Assembly: GCA_964016885.1 (NCBI GenBank) | Contig: OZ024741.1 | Location: 259,284,001 to 259,348,000 of the forward strand | DNA length: 64,000 nt | Source of the DNA: Eledone cirrhosa | Lineage: Eukaryota | Reading direction: 5' to 3' | Shown: positions 26,501 through 41,500 of the stretch, in pieces | Layout: each line of letters begins with the position of its first letter | Numbering within the stretch: position 1 is the first letter of the stretch | Notes under the pieces: generated by a model | What the model saw: the letters and a program-made list of their open reading frames with translations, nothing else | Database searches by the model: none | Told to the model about the DNA's origin: nothing | Translations under genes and position numbers: made by a program

Positions 26501-29500
26501 TTTGTTATTTTCGTAAGTCGAAACACTCGTAAGCCGAAACACTCGTGAGCCGAAACACTCGTAAGTCGGAACACTCGTAAGTCAGAACACTCGTAAGTCA
26601 GAACACTCGTAAGTTAGAACACTCGTAAGTCAGAACACTCGTAAGTCAGAACACTCGTAAGTCGAAACACTCGTATCGAAACACTCGTATGTCAAAACAC
26701 CCGTAAGTCAAAACACTCGTAAGTCGAAACACTCGTAAGTCGAAACACTCGTAAGCCGAAACACTCGTAAGCCGAAACACTCGTAAGCCGAAACACTCGT
26801 AAGTCGGAACACTCGTAAGTCAGAACACTCATAAGTCAGAACACTCGTAAGTCAGAACACTCGTAAGTCGAAACACTCGTAAGCCGAAACACCGTAAGTC
26901 GAAACACCCGTATGTCGAAACACTCGTAAGCCGAAACACTCTTAAGTCGAAACACTCATAAGCCGAAACACTCGTAAGTCGGAACACTCGTAAATCAGAA
27001 CACCCGCAAGTCAGAACACTCGTAAATCAGAACACTCTTAAGTCGAAACTTACGTACGCCGAAACAATCGTAAGTCGAAACACTCGTAAGTCGAAACATC
27101 CTTAAGTCGAAACACTCGTACACCGAAACACTCGTAAGTATAAACATTAGTAAGTCGAAACACTCGTATGTCGAAACACTCGTAAACCGAAACACTCGTA
27201 AGTCGGAACACTCGTAAGTCAGAACACTCGTAAGTCAGAACACTCGTAAGTCGAAACACTCATAAGTCGAAACACCTGTAAGTCGAAACACTCGTAAGTC
27301 GAAACACCCATAAGCCGAAACACTCGTAAGCCAAAACATTCGTAAGTCGAAACACTCGTAAACCGAAACACTCGTAAGCCAAAACATTCGTATGTCGAAA
27401 CACTCGTAAGTCGAAACACCCATAGCCGAAACACTTGTAAGTCTGAACACACGTAAGTCAGAACACCCGTAAGTCAGAACACTCGTAAGTCAGAACACTC
27501 GTAAGTCAGAACACTCGTAAGTCAGAACACTCGTAAGTCAGAGCACTCGTATCGAAACACTCGTATGTCAAAACACCCGTAAGTCAAAACACTCGTAAGT
27601 CGAAACACTCGTAAGCCGAAACACCGTAAGCCAAAACACTCGTAAGTCGAAACACCCCTAAGTCGGAACACTCGTAAGTCGAAACACTCGTAAGTCGAAA
27701 CACTCGTAAGCCGAAACACTCGTAAGCCGAAACACTCGTAAGTCGGAACACTCGTAAGTCGGAACACTCGTAAGTCAGAACACTCGTAAGTCAGAACACT
27801 CGTAAGTCAGAACACTCGTAAGTCAGAACACTAGTAAGTCGAAACACTCGTATCGAAACACTCGTATGTCAAAACACCCGTAAGTCAAAACACTCGTAAG
27901 TCGAAACACTCGTAAGTCGAAACATTCGTAAGTCGAAACATCCGTAAATCAGAACACTCTTAAGTCGAAACACTCGTAAGTCGAAACACTCGTAAGCCGA
28001 AACACTCGTAAGTCGAAGTACTCGTATCGAAACACTCGTAAGTCGAAACACCCTTAAGTCAAAACACTCGTAAGCCAAAACACTCGTAAGTCGAAACACT
28101 CGTAAGTCGGAACACTCGTAAGTCAGAACACTCGTAAGTCAGAACACTCGTAAGTGGAAACACGCGTAAGTCGAAACACTCATAAGTCGAAACACTCGTA
28201 AGTCGAAACACCCGTAAGTCGAAACACCCGTAAGTCGAAACACTCGTATGTCGAATAACTCGTAAGCCGAAACACCGTAAGTCAAAACACTCGTAAGTCG
28301 AAACACTCGTAAGTCGAAACACCCATAAGCCGAAACACTCGTAAGCCAAAACATTCGTAAGTCGAAACACTCGTAAACCGAAACACTCGTAAGCCAAAAC
28401 ATTCGTAAGTCGAAACACTCGTAAGTCGAAACACCCATAGCCGAAACACTCGTAAGTCTGAACACACGTAAGTCAGAACAGCCGTAAGTCAGAACACTCG
28501 TAAGTCAGAACACTCGTAAGTCAGAACACTCGTAAGTCAGAGCACTCGTATCGAAACACTCGTATGTCAAAACACCCGTAAGTCAAAACACTCGTAAGTC
28601 GAAACACTCGTAAATCGAAACACTCGTATGTCGAAACATCCGTAAATCAGAACACTCGTAAGTCGAAACACTCGTAAGTCGAAACACTCGTAAGCCGAAA
28701 CACTCGTAAGTCGAAGCACTCGTATCGAAACACTCGTAAGTCGAAACACCCTTAAGTCAAAACACTCGTAAGCCAAAACACTCGTAAGTCGAAACACTCG
28801 TAAGTCGGAACACTCGTAAGTCAGAACACTCGTAAGTCAGAACACTCGTAAGTGGAAACACGCGTAAGTCGAAAGACCCGTAAGTCAAAAATCTCGTAAG
28901 TCAAAACACTCGTAAGCCGAAACACTCGTAAGTCGAAACACTCGTAAGTCGAAACACCCGTAAGTCGGAACACTCGTAAGTCAGAATACTCGTAAGTCAA
29001 AACACTCGTAAACCGGAACACCCGTAAGGCAAAACATTCGCATGTCAAAACACTCGTAAGTCGAAACACTCGTAAGCCGAAACACTCGTAAGTCGAAACA
29101 CTCGTAAGTCGAAACACTCGTAAGTCGAAACACTCGTAAGTCAGTGCACCCGTAAGTCAGAACACTCGTAGTCAGAATACTCGTAAGTCGAAACACTCGT
29201 ATGTCGAAACACCCGTAAGTCGAAACATCCGTAAGTCAAAACACTCGTATGTCGAAACACTCGTAAGCCGAAACACTCATAAGTCGAAACACTCGTAAGC
29301 CGAAACACCCGTAAGTCAAAACATTCGTAAGTCAAAACACTCGTAAGTCGAAACACCCGTAAGTCAAAACACTCGTATGTCGAAACACTCGTAAGCCGAA
29401 ACAACGTAAGTAAAAACACTCGTAAGTCGAAACACCCATAAGTCGAAACACTCGTAAGCCGAAACACTCGTAAGTCGAAACACTCATAAGCCGAAACACT

Positions 29501-32500
29501 CGTAAGTCGGAACACTCGTAAATCAGAACACCCGCAAGTCAGAACACTCGTAAATCAGAACACTCTTAAGTCGAAACTCACGTACGCTGAAACACTCGTA
29601 AGTCGAAACACTCGTAAGTCGAAACATCCTTAAGTCGAAACACTCGTACACCGAAACACTCGTAAGTATAAACATTAGTAAGTCGAAACACTCGTAAGCC
29701 GAAACACTCGTAAGTCGAAACACCCGTAAATCGAAACACCCCTAAGTCAAAACACTCGTATGTCGAAACACTCGTAAACCGAAACACTCGTAAGTCGGAA
29801 CACTCGTAAGTCAGAACACTCGTAAGTCAGAACACTCGTAAGTCGAAACACTCATAAGTCGAAACACTCGTAAGTCGAAACACCCGTAAGTCGAAACCCC
29901 CGTAAGTCGAAACACTCGTATGTCGAATAACTCGTAAGCTGAAACACCGTAAGTCAAAACACTCGTAAGTCAAAACACTCGTAAGTCGAAACACCCATAA
30001 GCCGAAACACTCGTAAGCCAAAACATTCGTAAGTCGAAACACTCGTAAACCGAAACACTCGTAAGCCAAAACATTCGTAAGTCGAAACACTCGTAAGTCG
30101 AAACACCCATAGCCGAAACACTCGTAAGTCGGAACACACGTAAGTCAGAACACCCGTAAGTCAGAACACTCGTAAGTCAGAACACTCGTAAGTCAGAGCA
30201 CTCGTATCGAAACACTCGTATGTCAAAACACCCGTAAGTCAAAACACTCGTAAGTCGAAACACTCGTAAGCCGAAACACCGTAAGCCAAAACACTCGTAA
30301 GTCGAAACACCCGTAAGTCGGAACACTCGTAAGTCGAAACACTCGTAAGTCGAAACACTCGTAAGCCGAAACACTCGTAAGCCGAAACACTCGTAAGTCG
30401 GAACACTCGTAAGTCGGAACACTCGTAAGTCAGAACACTCGTAAGTCAGAACACTCGTAAGTCAGAACACTCGTAAGTCAGAATACTCGTAAGTCGAAAC
30501 ACCCGTAAGTCGAAACACCCGTAAGCCGAAACACTCGTAAGCCAAAACATTCGTAAGTCGAAACACTCGTAAACCGAAACACTCGTAAGCCAAAACATTC
30601 GTAAGTCGAAACACTCGTAAGTCGAAACACCCATAGCCGAAACACTTGTAAGTCTGAACACACGTAAGTCAGAACACCCGTAAGTCAGAACACTCGTAAG
30701 TCAGAACACTCGTAAGTCAGAACACTCGTAAGTCAGAGCACTCGTATCGAAACACTCGTATGTCAAAACACCCGTAAGTCAAAACACTCGTAAGTCGAAA
30801 CACTCGTAAGCCGAAACACCGTAAGCCAAAACACTCGTAAGTCGAAACACCCGTAAGTCGGAACACTCGTAAGTCGAAACACTCGTAAGTCGAAACACTC
30901 GTAAGCCGAAACACTCGTAAGCCGAAACACTCGTAAGTCGGAACACTCGTAAGTCGGAACACTCGTAAGTCAGAACACTCGTAAGTCAGAACACTCGTAA
31001 GTCAGAACACTCGTAAGTCAGAACACTCGTAAGTCGAAACACTCGTATCGAAACACTCGTATGTCAAAACACCAGTAAGTCGAAACACTCGTATCGATAC
31101 ACTCGTATGTCAAAACACCAGTAAGTCAAAACACTCGTAAGTCGAAACACTCGTAAGCCGAAACACCGTAAGTCGAAACACCCGTATGTCGAAACACTCG
31201 TAAGCCGAAACACTCGTAAGTCGAAACACTCGTAGTCGAAACACTCGTAAGTCGAAACACCCGTAAGTCGAAACACTCGTAAGTCGAAACACTCGTAAGC
31301 CGAAACACTCGTAAGTCGAAACACTCATAAGTCGAAACACTCGTAAGTCAGAACACTCGTAGTCAGAACACTCGTAAGTCAAACCACTCGTAAGCCGAAA
31401 CACTCGTAAGTCGAAACACTCGTAAGTCGAAACACTCGTAAGTCGAAAAACTCGTAAGCCGGAACACTCGTAAGTCAGAACACTCGTAAGTCAGAACACT
31501 CGTAAGTCGAAACACTCGTAAGCCGAAACACCCGTAAGTCGAAACATTCGTAAGTCGAAACACCCGTAAGTCGAAACACTCGTAAGTCGAAACACTCGTA
31601 AGTCGAAACACCGTAAGTCAAAACACTCGTATGTCGAAACATCCGTAAATCAGAACACTCCTAAGTCAAAACACTCGTAAGTCGAAACACTCGTAAGTCA
31701 AAAATACTCGTAAGTCGAAACACCCTTAAGTAAAAACACTCGTAAGTCGAAACACTCGTAAGCCGAAACACCCGTCAGTTAAAACACCCGTAAGTCGAAA
31801 CACTCGTAAGTCAAAACTCTCGTACGCCGAAACACTCGTAAGTAAAAACATTAGTAAGTCGAAACACTCGTAAGCCGAAACACTCATAAGTCGAAACACT
31901 CGTAAGCCGAAACACCCGTAAGTCAAAACATTCGTAAGTCAAAACACTCGTAAGTCGAAACACCCGTAAGTCGAAACACTCGTATGTCGAAACACTCGTA
32001 AGCCGAAACACCGTAAGTAAAAACACTCATAAGTCTAAACACCCACAAGTCGAAACACTCGTAAGCCGAAACACTCGTAAGTCGAAACACTCATAAGCCG
32101 AAACACTCGTAAGTCGGAACACTCGTAAATCAGAACACCCGCAAGTCAGAACACTCGTATCGAAACACTCGTATGTCAAAACACCCGTAAGTCAAAACAC
32201 TCGTAAGTCGAAACACTCGTAAGTAAAAAAACTCGTAAGTCGAAATACTCGTAAGTCGAAACACTCGTAAGCCGAAACAATCGTAATTCAAAACACTCGT
32301 AAGTCGAAACACTCGTAAGCCGAAACAATCGTAAGTCGAAACACTCATAAGCCGAAAATACTCGTAAGTCGGAACACCCGTAAGCCGAAACACTCGTATG
32401 TCGAAACACTCGTAAGCCGAAACAACATAAGTAAAAACACTCGTAAGTCGAAACACCCATAAGTCGAAACACTCGTAAGCCGAAACACTCGTAAGTCGAA

Positions 32501-35500
32501 ACACTCATAAGCCGAAACACTCGTAAGTCGGAACACTCGTAAATCAGAACACCCGCAAGTCAGAACACTCGTAAATCAGAACACTCTTAAGTCGAAACTC
32601 ACGTACGCCGAAACACTCGTAAGTCGAAACACTCGTAAGTCGAAACATCCTTAAGTCGAAACACTCGTACACCGAAACACTCGTAAGTATAAACATTAGT
32701 AAGTCGAAACACTCGTATGTCGAAACACTCGTAAACCGAAACACTCGTAAGTCGGAACACTCGTAAGTCAGAACACTCGTAAGTCAGAACACTCGTAAGT
32801 CGAAACACTCATAAGTCGATACACTCGTAAGTCGAAACACCCGTAAGTCGAAACACCCGTAAGTCGAAACACTCGTATGTCGAATAACTCGTAAGCCGAA
32901 ACACCGTAAGTCAAAACACTCGTAAGTCGAAACACTCGTAAGTCGAAACACCCATAAGCCGAAACATTCGTAAGCCAAAACATTCGTAAGTCGAAACACT
33001 CGTAAACCGAAACACTCGTAAGCCAAAACATTCGTAAGTCGAAACACTCGTAAGTCGAAACACCCATAGCCGAAACACTTGTAAGTCTGAACACACGTAA
33101 GTCAGAACACCCGTAAGTCAGAACACTCGTAAGTCAGAACACTCGTAAGTCAGAACACTCGTAAATCAGAGCACTCGTATCGAAACACTCGTATGTCAAA
33201 ACACCCGTAAGTCAAAACACTCGTAAGTCGAAACACTCGTAAGCCGAAACACCGTAAGCCAAAACACTCGTAAGTCGAAACATCCGTAAGTCGGAACACT
33301 CGTAAGTCGAAACACTCGTAAGTCGAAACACTCGTAAGCCGAAACACTCGTAAGCCGAAACACTCGTAAGTCGGAACACTCGTAAGTCGAAACACCCGTA
33401 AGTCGAAACACTCGTAAGTCGAAACACCCGTAAGTCGAAACATCCGTAAGTCAAAACACTCGTATGTCGAAACACTCGTAAGCCGAAACACTCGTAAGTC
33501 GGAACACTCGCAAGTCAGAACACTCGTAAGTCAGAACACTCGTAAGTCGAAACACTCGTAAGTCGAAACACCCGTAAGTCGAAACGCCCGTAAGTCAAAA
33601 CACTCGTATGTCGAAACACTCGCAAGCCGAAAAACCGTAAGTCAAAACACTCGTAAGTCGAAACACTCGTAAATCGAAACACTCGTAAGCCGAAACACTC
33701 GTAAGCGAAAACATTCGTTAGTCGAAACACTCGTATCCCGAAACACTCGTAAGTCGAAACACTCGAAAGCCGAAACACTCGTAAGTCGAAACACTCATAA
33801 GCCGAAACACTCGTAAGTCGGAACACTCGTAAGTCAGAACACCCGTAAATCAGAACACTCGTAGTCAGAACACTCGTAAGTCGAAACACTCGTAAGCCGA
33901 AACACTCGCAAGTCGAAGCACTCGTAATCCGAAACACTCTTAAGTCGAAACACTCGTAAGTCGGAACACTCGTAAGTCAGAACACTCGTAAGTCAGAACA
34001 CTCGTAAGTCGAAACACTCGTAAGCCGAAACATCCGTAAGTCAAAACATCCGTAAGTCAAAACATTCGTAAGTCGAAACACCCGTAGTCGAAACACTCGC
34101 AAGTCGAAACACTCGTAAGTCGAAACACGCGTAAGTCGAAACACATGTAAGTCAAAACACTCGTAAGTCAAAACACTCGTAAGCCGAAACACTCGTAAGT
34201 CGAAACACTCGTAAGTCGAAACACTCGTAAAGCGAAACGTATAAATAAATATTAATGTAATGAATTTGAAAAGCATAGAGATTTGAAACCGCGTCTATTT
34301 GTTATTTTCGTAAGTCGAAACACTCGTAAGCCGAAACACTCGTGAGCCGAAACACTCGTAAGTCGGAACACTCGTAAGTCAGAACACTCGTAAGTCAGAA
34401 CACTCGTAAGTTAGAACACTCGTAAGTCAGAACACTCGTAAGTCAGAACACTCGTAAGTCGAAACACTCGTATCGAAACACTCGTATGTCAAAACACCCG
34501 TAAGTCAAAACACTCGTAAGTCGAAACACTCGTAAGTCGAAACACTCGTAAGCCGAAACACTCGTAAGCCGAAACACTCGTAAGTCGGAACACTCGTAAG
34601 TCGGAACACTCGTAAGTCAGAACACTCGTAAGTCAGAACACTCGTAAGTCAGAACACTCGTAAGTCAGAACACTCGTAAGTCGAAACACTCGTATCGAAG
34701 CACTCGTATGTCAAAACACCCGTAAGTCAAAACACTCGTAAGTCGAAACGCTCGTAAGTCGAAACACTCGTATGTCGAAACATCCGAAAATCAGAACACT
34801 CGTAAGTCGAAACACTCGTAAGTCGAAACACTCGTAAGCCGAAACACTCGTAAGTCGAAGCACTCGTATCGAAACACTCGTAAGTCGAAACACCCTTAAG
34901 TCAAAACACTCGTAAGCCAAAACACTCGTAAGTCGAAACACTCGTATGTCGGAACACTCGTAAGTCAGAACACTCGTAAGTCAGAACACTCGTAAGTGGA
35001 AACACGCGTAAGTCGAAAGACCCGTAAGTCAAAAATCTCGTAAGTCAAAACACTCGTAAGCCGAAACACTCGTAAGTCGAAACACTCGTAAGTCGAAACA
35101 TTCGTAAAGCGAAACGTATAAATAAAGATTAATGTAATGAACTTGAAAAGCATAGATATTTGAAACCGCGTCTATTTGTTATTTTCGTAAGTCGAAACAC
35201 TCGTAAGTCAGAACACTCGTAAGTCAGAACACTCTTAAGTCAGAACACTCGTATCGAAACACGTATGTCAAAACACCCGTAAGTCAAAACACTCGTAAGT
35301 CGAAACACTCGTAAGTCGAAACACTCGTAAGCCGAAACAATCGTAAGTCAAAACACTCGTAAGTCGAAACACTCGTAAGCCGAAAATACTCGTAAGTCGG
35401 AACACCCGTAAGCCGAAACCCTCGTAGGTCGGAACACTCGTAAGTCGAAACACTCGTAAGTCGAAACACCCGTAAGTCGAAACACTCGTAAGTCGAAACA

Positions 35501-38500
35501 CCCGTAAGTCGAAACATCCGTAAGTCAAAACACTCGTATGTCGAAACACTCGTAAGCCGAAACACTCGTAAGTCGGAACACTCGCAAGTCAGAACACTCG
35601 TAAGTCAGAACACTCGTAAGTCGAAACACTCGTAAGTCGAAACACCCGTAAGTCGAAACGCCCGTAAGTCAAAACACTCGTATGTCGAAACACTCGCAAG
35701 CCGAAAAACCGTAAGTCAAAACACTCGTAAGTCGAAACACTCGTAAATCGAAACACTCGTAAGCCGAAACACTCGTAAGCGAAAACATTCGTTAGTCGAA
35801 ACACTCGTAACCCGAAACACTCGTAAGTCGAAACACTCGAAAGCCGAAACACTCGTAAGTCGAAACACTCATAAGCCGAAACACTCGTAAGTCGGAACAC
35901 TCGTAAGTCAGAACACCCGTAAATCAGAACACTCGTAGTCAGAACACTCGTAAGTCGAAACACTCGTAAGCCGAAACACTCGCAAGTCGAAGCACTCGTA
36001 ATCCGAAACACTCTTAAGTCGAAACACTCGTAAGTCGGAACACTCGTAAGTCAGAACACTCGTAAGTCAGAACACTCGTAAGTCGAAACACTCGTAAGCC
36101 GAAACATCCGTAAGTCAAAACATCCGTAAGTCAAAACATTCGTAAGTCGAAACACCCGTAGTCGAAACACTCGCAAGTCGAAACACTCGTAAGTCGAAAC
36201 ACGCGTAAGTCGAAACACATGTAAGTCAAAACACTCGTAAGTCAAAACACTCGTAAGCCGAAACACTCGTAAGTCGAAACACTCGTAAGTCGAAACACTC
36301 GTAAAGCGAAACGTATAAATAAATATTAATGTAATGAATTTGAAAAGCATAGAGATTTGAAACCGCGTCTATTTGTTATTTTCGTAAGTCGAAACACTCG
36401 TAAGCCGAAACACTCGTGAGCCGAAACACTCGTAAGTCGGAACACTCGTAAGTCAGAACACTCGTAAGTCAGAACACTCGTAAGTTAGAACACTCGTAAG
36501 TCAGAACACTCGTAAGTCAGAACACTCGTAAGTCGAAACACTCGTATCGAAACACTCGTATGTCAAAACACCCGTAAGTCAAAACACTCGTAAGTCGAAA
36601 CACTCGTAAGTCGAAACACTCGTAAGCCGAAACACTCGTAAGCCGAAACACTCGTAAGCCGAAACACTCGTAAGTCGGAACACTCGTAAGTCAGAACACT
36701 CATAAGTCAGAACACTCGTAAGTCAGAACACTCGTAAGTCGAAACACTCGTAAGCCGAAACACCGTAAGTCGAAACACCCGTATGTCGAAACACTCGTAA
36801 GCCGAAACACTCTTAAGTCGAAACACTCATAAGCCGAAACACTCGTAAGTCGGAACACTCGTAAATCAGAACACCCGCAAGTCAGAACACTCGTAAATCA
36901 GAACACTCTTAAGTCGAAACTTACGTACGCCGAAACAATCGTAAGTCGAAACACTCGTAAGTCGAAACATCCTTAAGTCGAAACACTCGTACACCGAAAC
37001 ACTCGTAAGTATAAACATTAGTAAGTCGAAACACTCGTATGTCGAAACACTCGTAAACCGAAACACTCGTAAGTCGGAACACTCGTAAGTCAGAACACTC
37101 GTAAGTCAGAACACTCGTAAGTCGAAACACTCATAAGTCGAAACACCTGTAAGTCGAAACACTCGTAAGTCGAAACACCCATAAGCCGAAACACTCGTAA
37201 GCCAAAACATTCGTAAGTCGAAACACTCGTAAACCGAAACACTCGTAAGCCAAAACATTCGTATGTCGAAACACTCGTAAGTCGAAACACCCATAGCCGA
37301 AACACTTGTAAGTCTGAACACACGTAAGTCAGAACACCCGTAAGTCAGAACACTCGTAAGTCAGAACACTCGTAAGTCAGAACACTCGTAAGTCAGAACA
37401 CTCGTAAGTCAGAGCACTCGTATCGAAACACTCGTATGTCAAAACACCCGTAAGTCAAAACACTCGTAAGTCGAAACACTCGTAAGCCGAAACACCGTAA
37501 GCCAAAACACTCGTAAGTCGAAACACCCCTAAGTCGGAACACTCGTAAGTCGAAACACTCGTAAGTCGAAACACTCGTAAGCCGAAACACTCGTAAGCCG
37601 AAACACTCGTAAGTCGGAACACTCGTAAGTCGGAACACTCGTAAGTCAGAACACTCGTAAGTCAGAACACTCGTAAGTCAGAACACTCGTAAGTCAGAAC
37701 ACTAGTAAGTCGAAACACTCGTATCGAAACACTCGTATGTCAAAACACCCGTAAGTCAAAACACTCGTAAGTCGAAACACTCGTAAGTCGAAACATTCGT
37801 AAGTCGAAACATCCGTAAATCAGAACACTCTTAAGTCGAAACACTCGTAAGTCGAAACACTCGTAAGCCGAAACACTCGTAAGTCGAAGTACTCGTATCG
37901 AAACACTCGTAAGTCGAAACACCCTTAAGTCAAAACACTCGTAAGCCAAAACACTCGTAAGTCGAAACACTCGTAAGTCGGAACACTCGTAAGTCAGAAC
38001 ACTCGTAAGTCAGAACACTCGTAAGTGGAAACACGCGTAAGTCGAAACACTCATAAGTCGAAACACTCGTAAGTCGAAACACCCGTAAGTCGAAACACCC
38101 GTAAGTCGAAACACTCGTATGTCGAATAACTCGTAAGCCGAAACACCGTAAGTCAAAACACTCGTAAGTCGAAACACTCGTAAGTCGAAACACCCATAAG
38201 CCGAAACACTCGTAAGCCAAAACATTCGTAAGTCGAAACACTCGTAAACCGAAACACTCGTAAGCCAAAACATTCGTAAGTCGAAACACTCGTAAGTCGA
38301 AACACCCATAGCCGAAACACTCGTAAGTCTGAACACACGTAAGTCAGAACAGCCGTAAGTCAGAACACTCGTAAGTCAGAACACTCGTAAGTCAGAACAC
38401 TCGTAAGTCAGAGCACTCGTATCGAAACACTCGTATGTCAAAACACCCGTAAGTCAAAACACTCGTAAGTCGAAACACTCGTAAATCGAAACACTCGTAT

Positions 38501-41500
38501 GTCGAAACATCCGTAAATCAGAACACTCGTAAGTCGAAACACTCGTAAGTCGAAACACTCGTAAGCCGAAACACTCGTAAGTCGAAGCACTCGTATCGAA
38601 ACACTCGTAAGTCGAAACACCCTTAAGTCAAAACACTCGTAAGCCAAAACACTCGTAAGTCGAAACACTCGTAAGTCGGAACACTCGTAAGTCAGAACAC
38701 TCGTAAGTCAGAACACTCGTAAGTGGAAACACGCGTAAGTCGAAAGACCCGTAAGTCAAAAATCTCGTAAGTCAAAACACTCGTAAGCCGAAACACTCGT
38801 AAGTCGAAACACTCGTAAGTCGAAACACCCGTAAGTCGGAACACTCGTAAGTCAGAATACTCGTAAGTCAAAACACTCGTAAACCGGAACACCCGTAAGG
38901 CAAAACATTCGCATGTCAAAACACTCGTAAGTCGAAACACTCGTAAGCCGAAACACTCGTAAGTCGAAACACTCGTAAGTCGAAACACTCGTAAGTCGAA
39001 ACACTCGTAAGTCAGTGCACCCGTAAGTCAGAACACTCGTAGTCAGAATACTCGTAAGTCGAAACACTCGTATGTCGAAACACCCGTAAGTCGAAACATC
39101 CGTAAGTCAAAACACTCGTATGTCGAAACACTCGTAAGCCGAAACACTCATAAGTCGAAACACTCGTAAGCCGAAACACCCGTAAGTCAAAACATTCGTA
39201 AGTCAAAACACTCGTAAGTCGAAACACCCGTAAGTCAAAACACTCGTATGTCGAAACACTCGTAAGCCGAAACAACGTAAGTAAAAACACTCGTAAGTCG
39301 AAACACCCATAAGTCGAAACACTCGTAAGCCGAAACACTCGTAAGTCGAAACACTCATAAGCCGAAACACTCGTAAGTCGGAACACTCGTAAATCAGAAC
39401 ACCCGCAAGTCAGAACACTCGTAAATCAGAACACTCTTAAGTCGAAACTCACGTACGCTGAAACACTCGTAAGTCGAAACACTCGTAAGTCGAAACATCC
39501 TTAAGTCGAAACACTCGTACACCGAAACACTCGTAAGTATAAACATTAGTAAGTCGAAACACTCGTAAGCCGAAACACTCGTAAGTCGAAACACCCGTAA
39601 ATCGAAACACCCCTAAGTCAAAACACTCGTATGTCGAAACACTCGTAAACCGAAACACTCGTAAGTCGGAACACTCGTAAGTCAGAACACTCGTAAGTCA
39701 GAACACTCGTAAGTCGAAACACTCATAAGTCGAAACACTCGTAAGTCGAAACACCCGTAAGTCGAAACCCCCGTAAGTCGAAACACTCGTATGTCGAATA
39801 ACTCGTAAGCTGAAACACCGTAAGTCAAAACACTCGTAAGTCAAAACACTCGTAAGTCGAAACACCCATAAGCCGAAACACTCGTAAGCCAAAACATTCG
39901 TAAGTCGAAACACTCGTAAACCGAAACACTCGTAAGCCAAAACATTCGTAAGTCGAAACACTCGTAAGTCGAAACACCCATAGCCGAAACACTCGTAAGT
40001 CGGAACACACGTAAGTCAGAACACCCGTAAGTCAGAACACTCGTAAGTCAGAACACTCGTAAGTCAGAGCACTCGTATCGAAACACTCGTATGTCAAAAC
40101 ACCCGTAAGTCAAAACACTCGTAAGTCGAAACACTCGTAAGCCGAAACACCGTAAGCCAAAACACTCGTAAGTCGAAACACCCGTAAGTCGGAACACTCG
40201 TAAGTCGAAACACTCGTAAGTCGAAACACTCGTAAGCCGAAACACTCGTAAGCCGAAACACTCGTAAGTCGGAACACTCGTAAGTCGGAACACTCGTAAG
40301 TCAGAACACTCGTAAGTCAGAACACTCGTAAGTCAGAACACTCGTAAGTCAGAATACTCGTAAGTCGAAACACCCGTAAGTCGAAACACCCGTAAGCCGA
40401 AACACTCGTAAGCCAAAACATTCGTAAGTCGAAACACTCGTAAACCGAAACACTCGTAAGCCAAAACATTCGTAAGTCGAAACACTCGTAAGTCGAAACA
40501 CCCATAGCCGAAACACTTGTAAGTCTGAACACACGTAAGTCAGAACACCCGTAAGTCAGAACACTCGTAAGTCAGAACACTCGTAAGTCAGAACACTCGT
40601 AAGTCAGAGCACTCGTATCGAAACACTCGTATGTCAAAACACCCGTAAGTCAAAACACTCGTAAGTCGAAACACTCGTAAGCCGAAACACCGTAAGCCAA
40701 AACACTCGTAAGTCGAAACACCCGTAAGTCGGAACACTCGTAAGTCGAAACACTCGTAAGTCGAAACACTCGTAAGCCGAAACACTCGTAAGCCGAAACA
40801 CTCGTAAGTCGGAACACTCGTAAGTCGGAACACTCGTAAGTCAGAACACTCGTAAGTCAGAACACTCGTAAGTCAGAACACTCGTAAGTCAGAACACTCG
40901 TAAGTCGAAACACTCGTATCGAAACACTCGTATGTCAAAACACCAGTAAGTCGAAACACTCGTATCGATACACTCGTATGTCAAAACACCAGTAAGTCAA
41001 AACACTCGTAAGTCGAAACACTCGTAAGCCGAAACACCGTAAGTCGAAACACCCGTATGTCGAAACACTCGTAAGCCGAAACACTCGTAAGTCGAAACAC
41101 TCGTAGTCGAAACACTCGTAAGTCGAAACACCCGTAAGTCGAAACACTCGTAAGTCGAAACACTCGTAAGCCGAAACACTCGTAAGTCGAAACACTCATA
41201 AGTCGAAACACTCGTAAGTCAGAACACTCGTAGTCAGAACACTCGTAAGTCAAACCACTCGTAAGCCGAAACACTCGTAAGTCGAAACACTCGTAAGTCG
41301 AAACACTCGTAAGTCGAAAAACTCGTAAGCCGGAACACTCGTAAGTCAGAACACTCGTAAGTCAGAACACTCGTAAGTCGAAACACTCGTAAGCCGAAAC
41401 ACCCGTAAGTCGAAACATTCGTAAGTCGAAACACCCGTAAGTCGAAACACTCGTAAGTCGAAACACTCGTAAGTCGAAACACCGTAAGTCAAAACACTCG

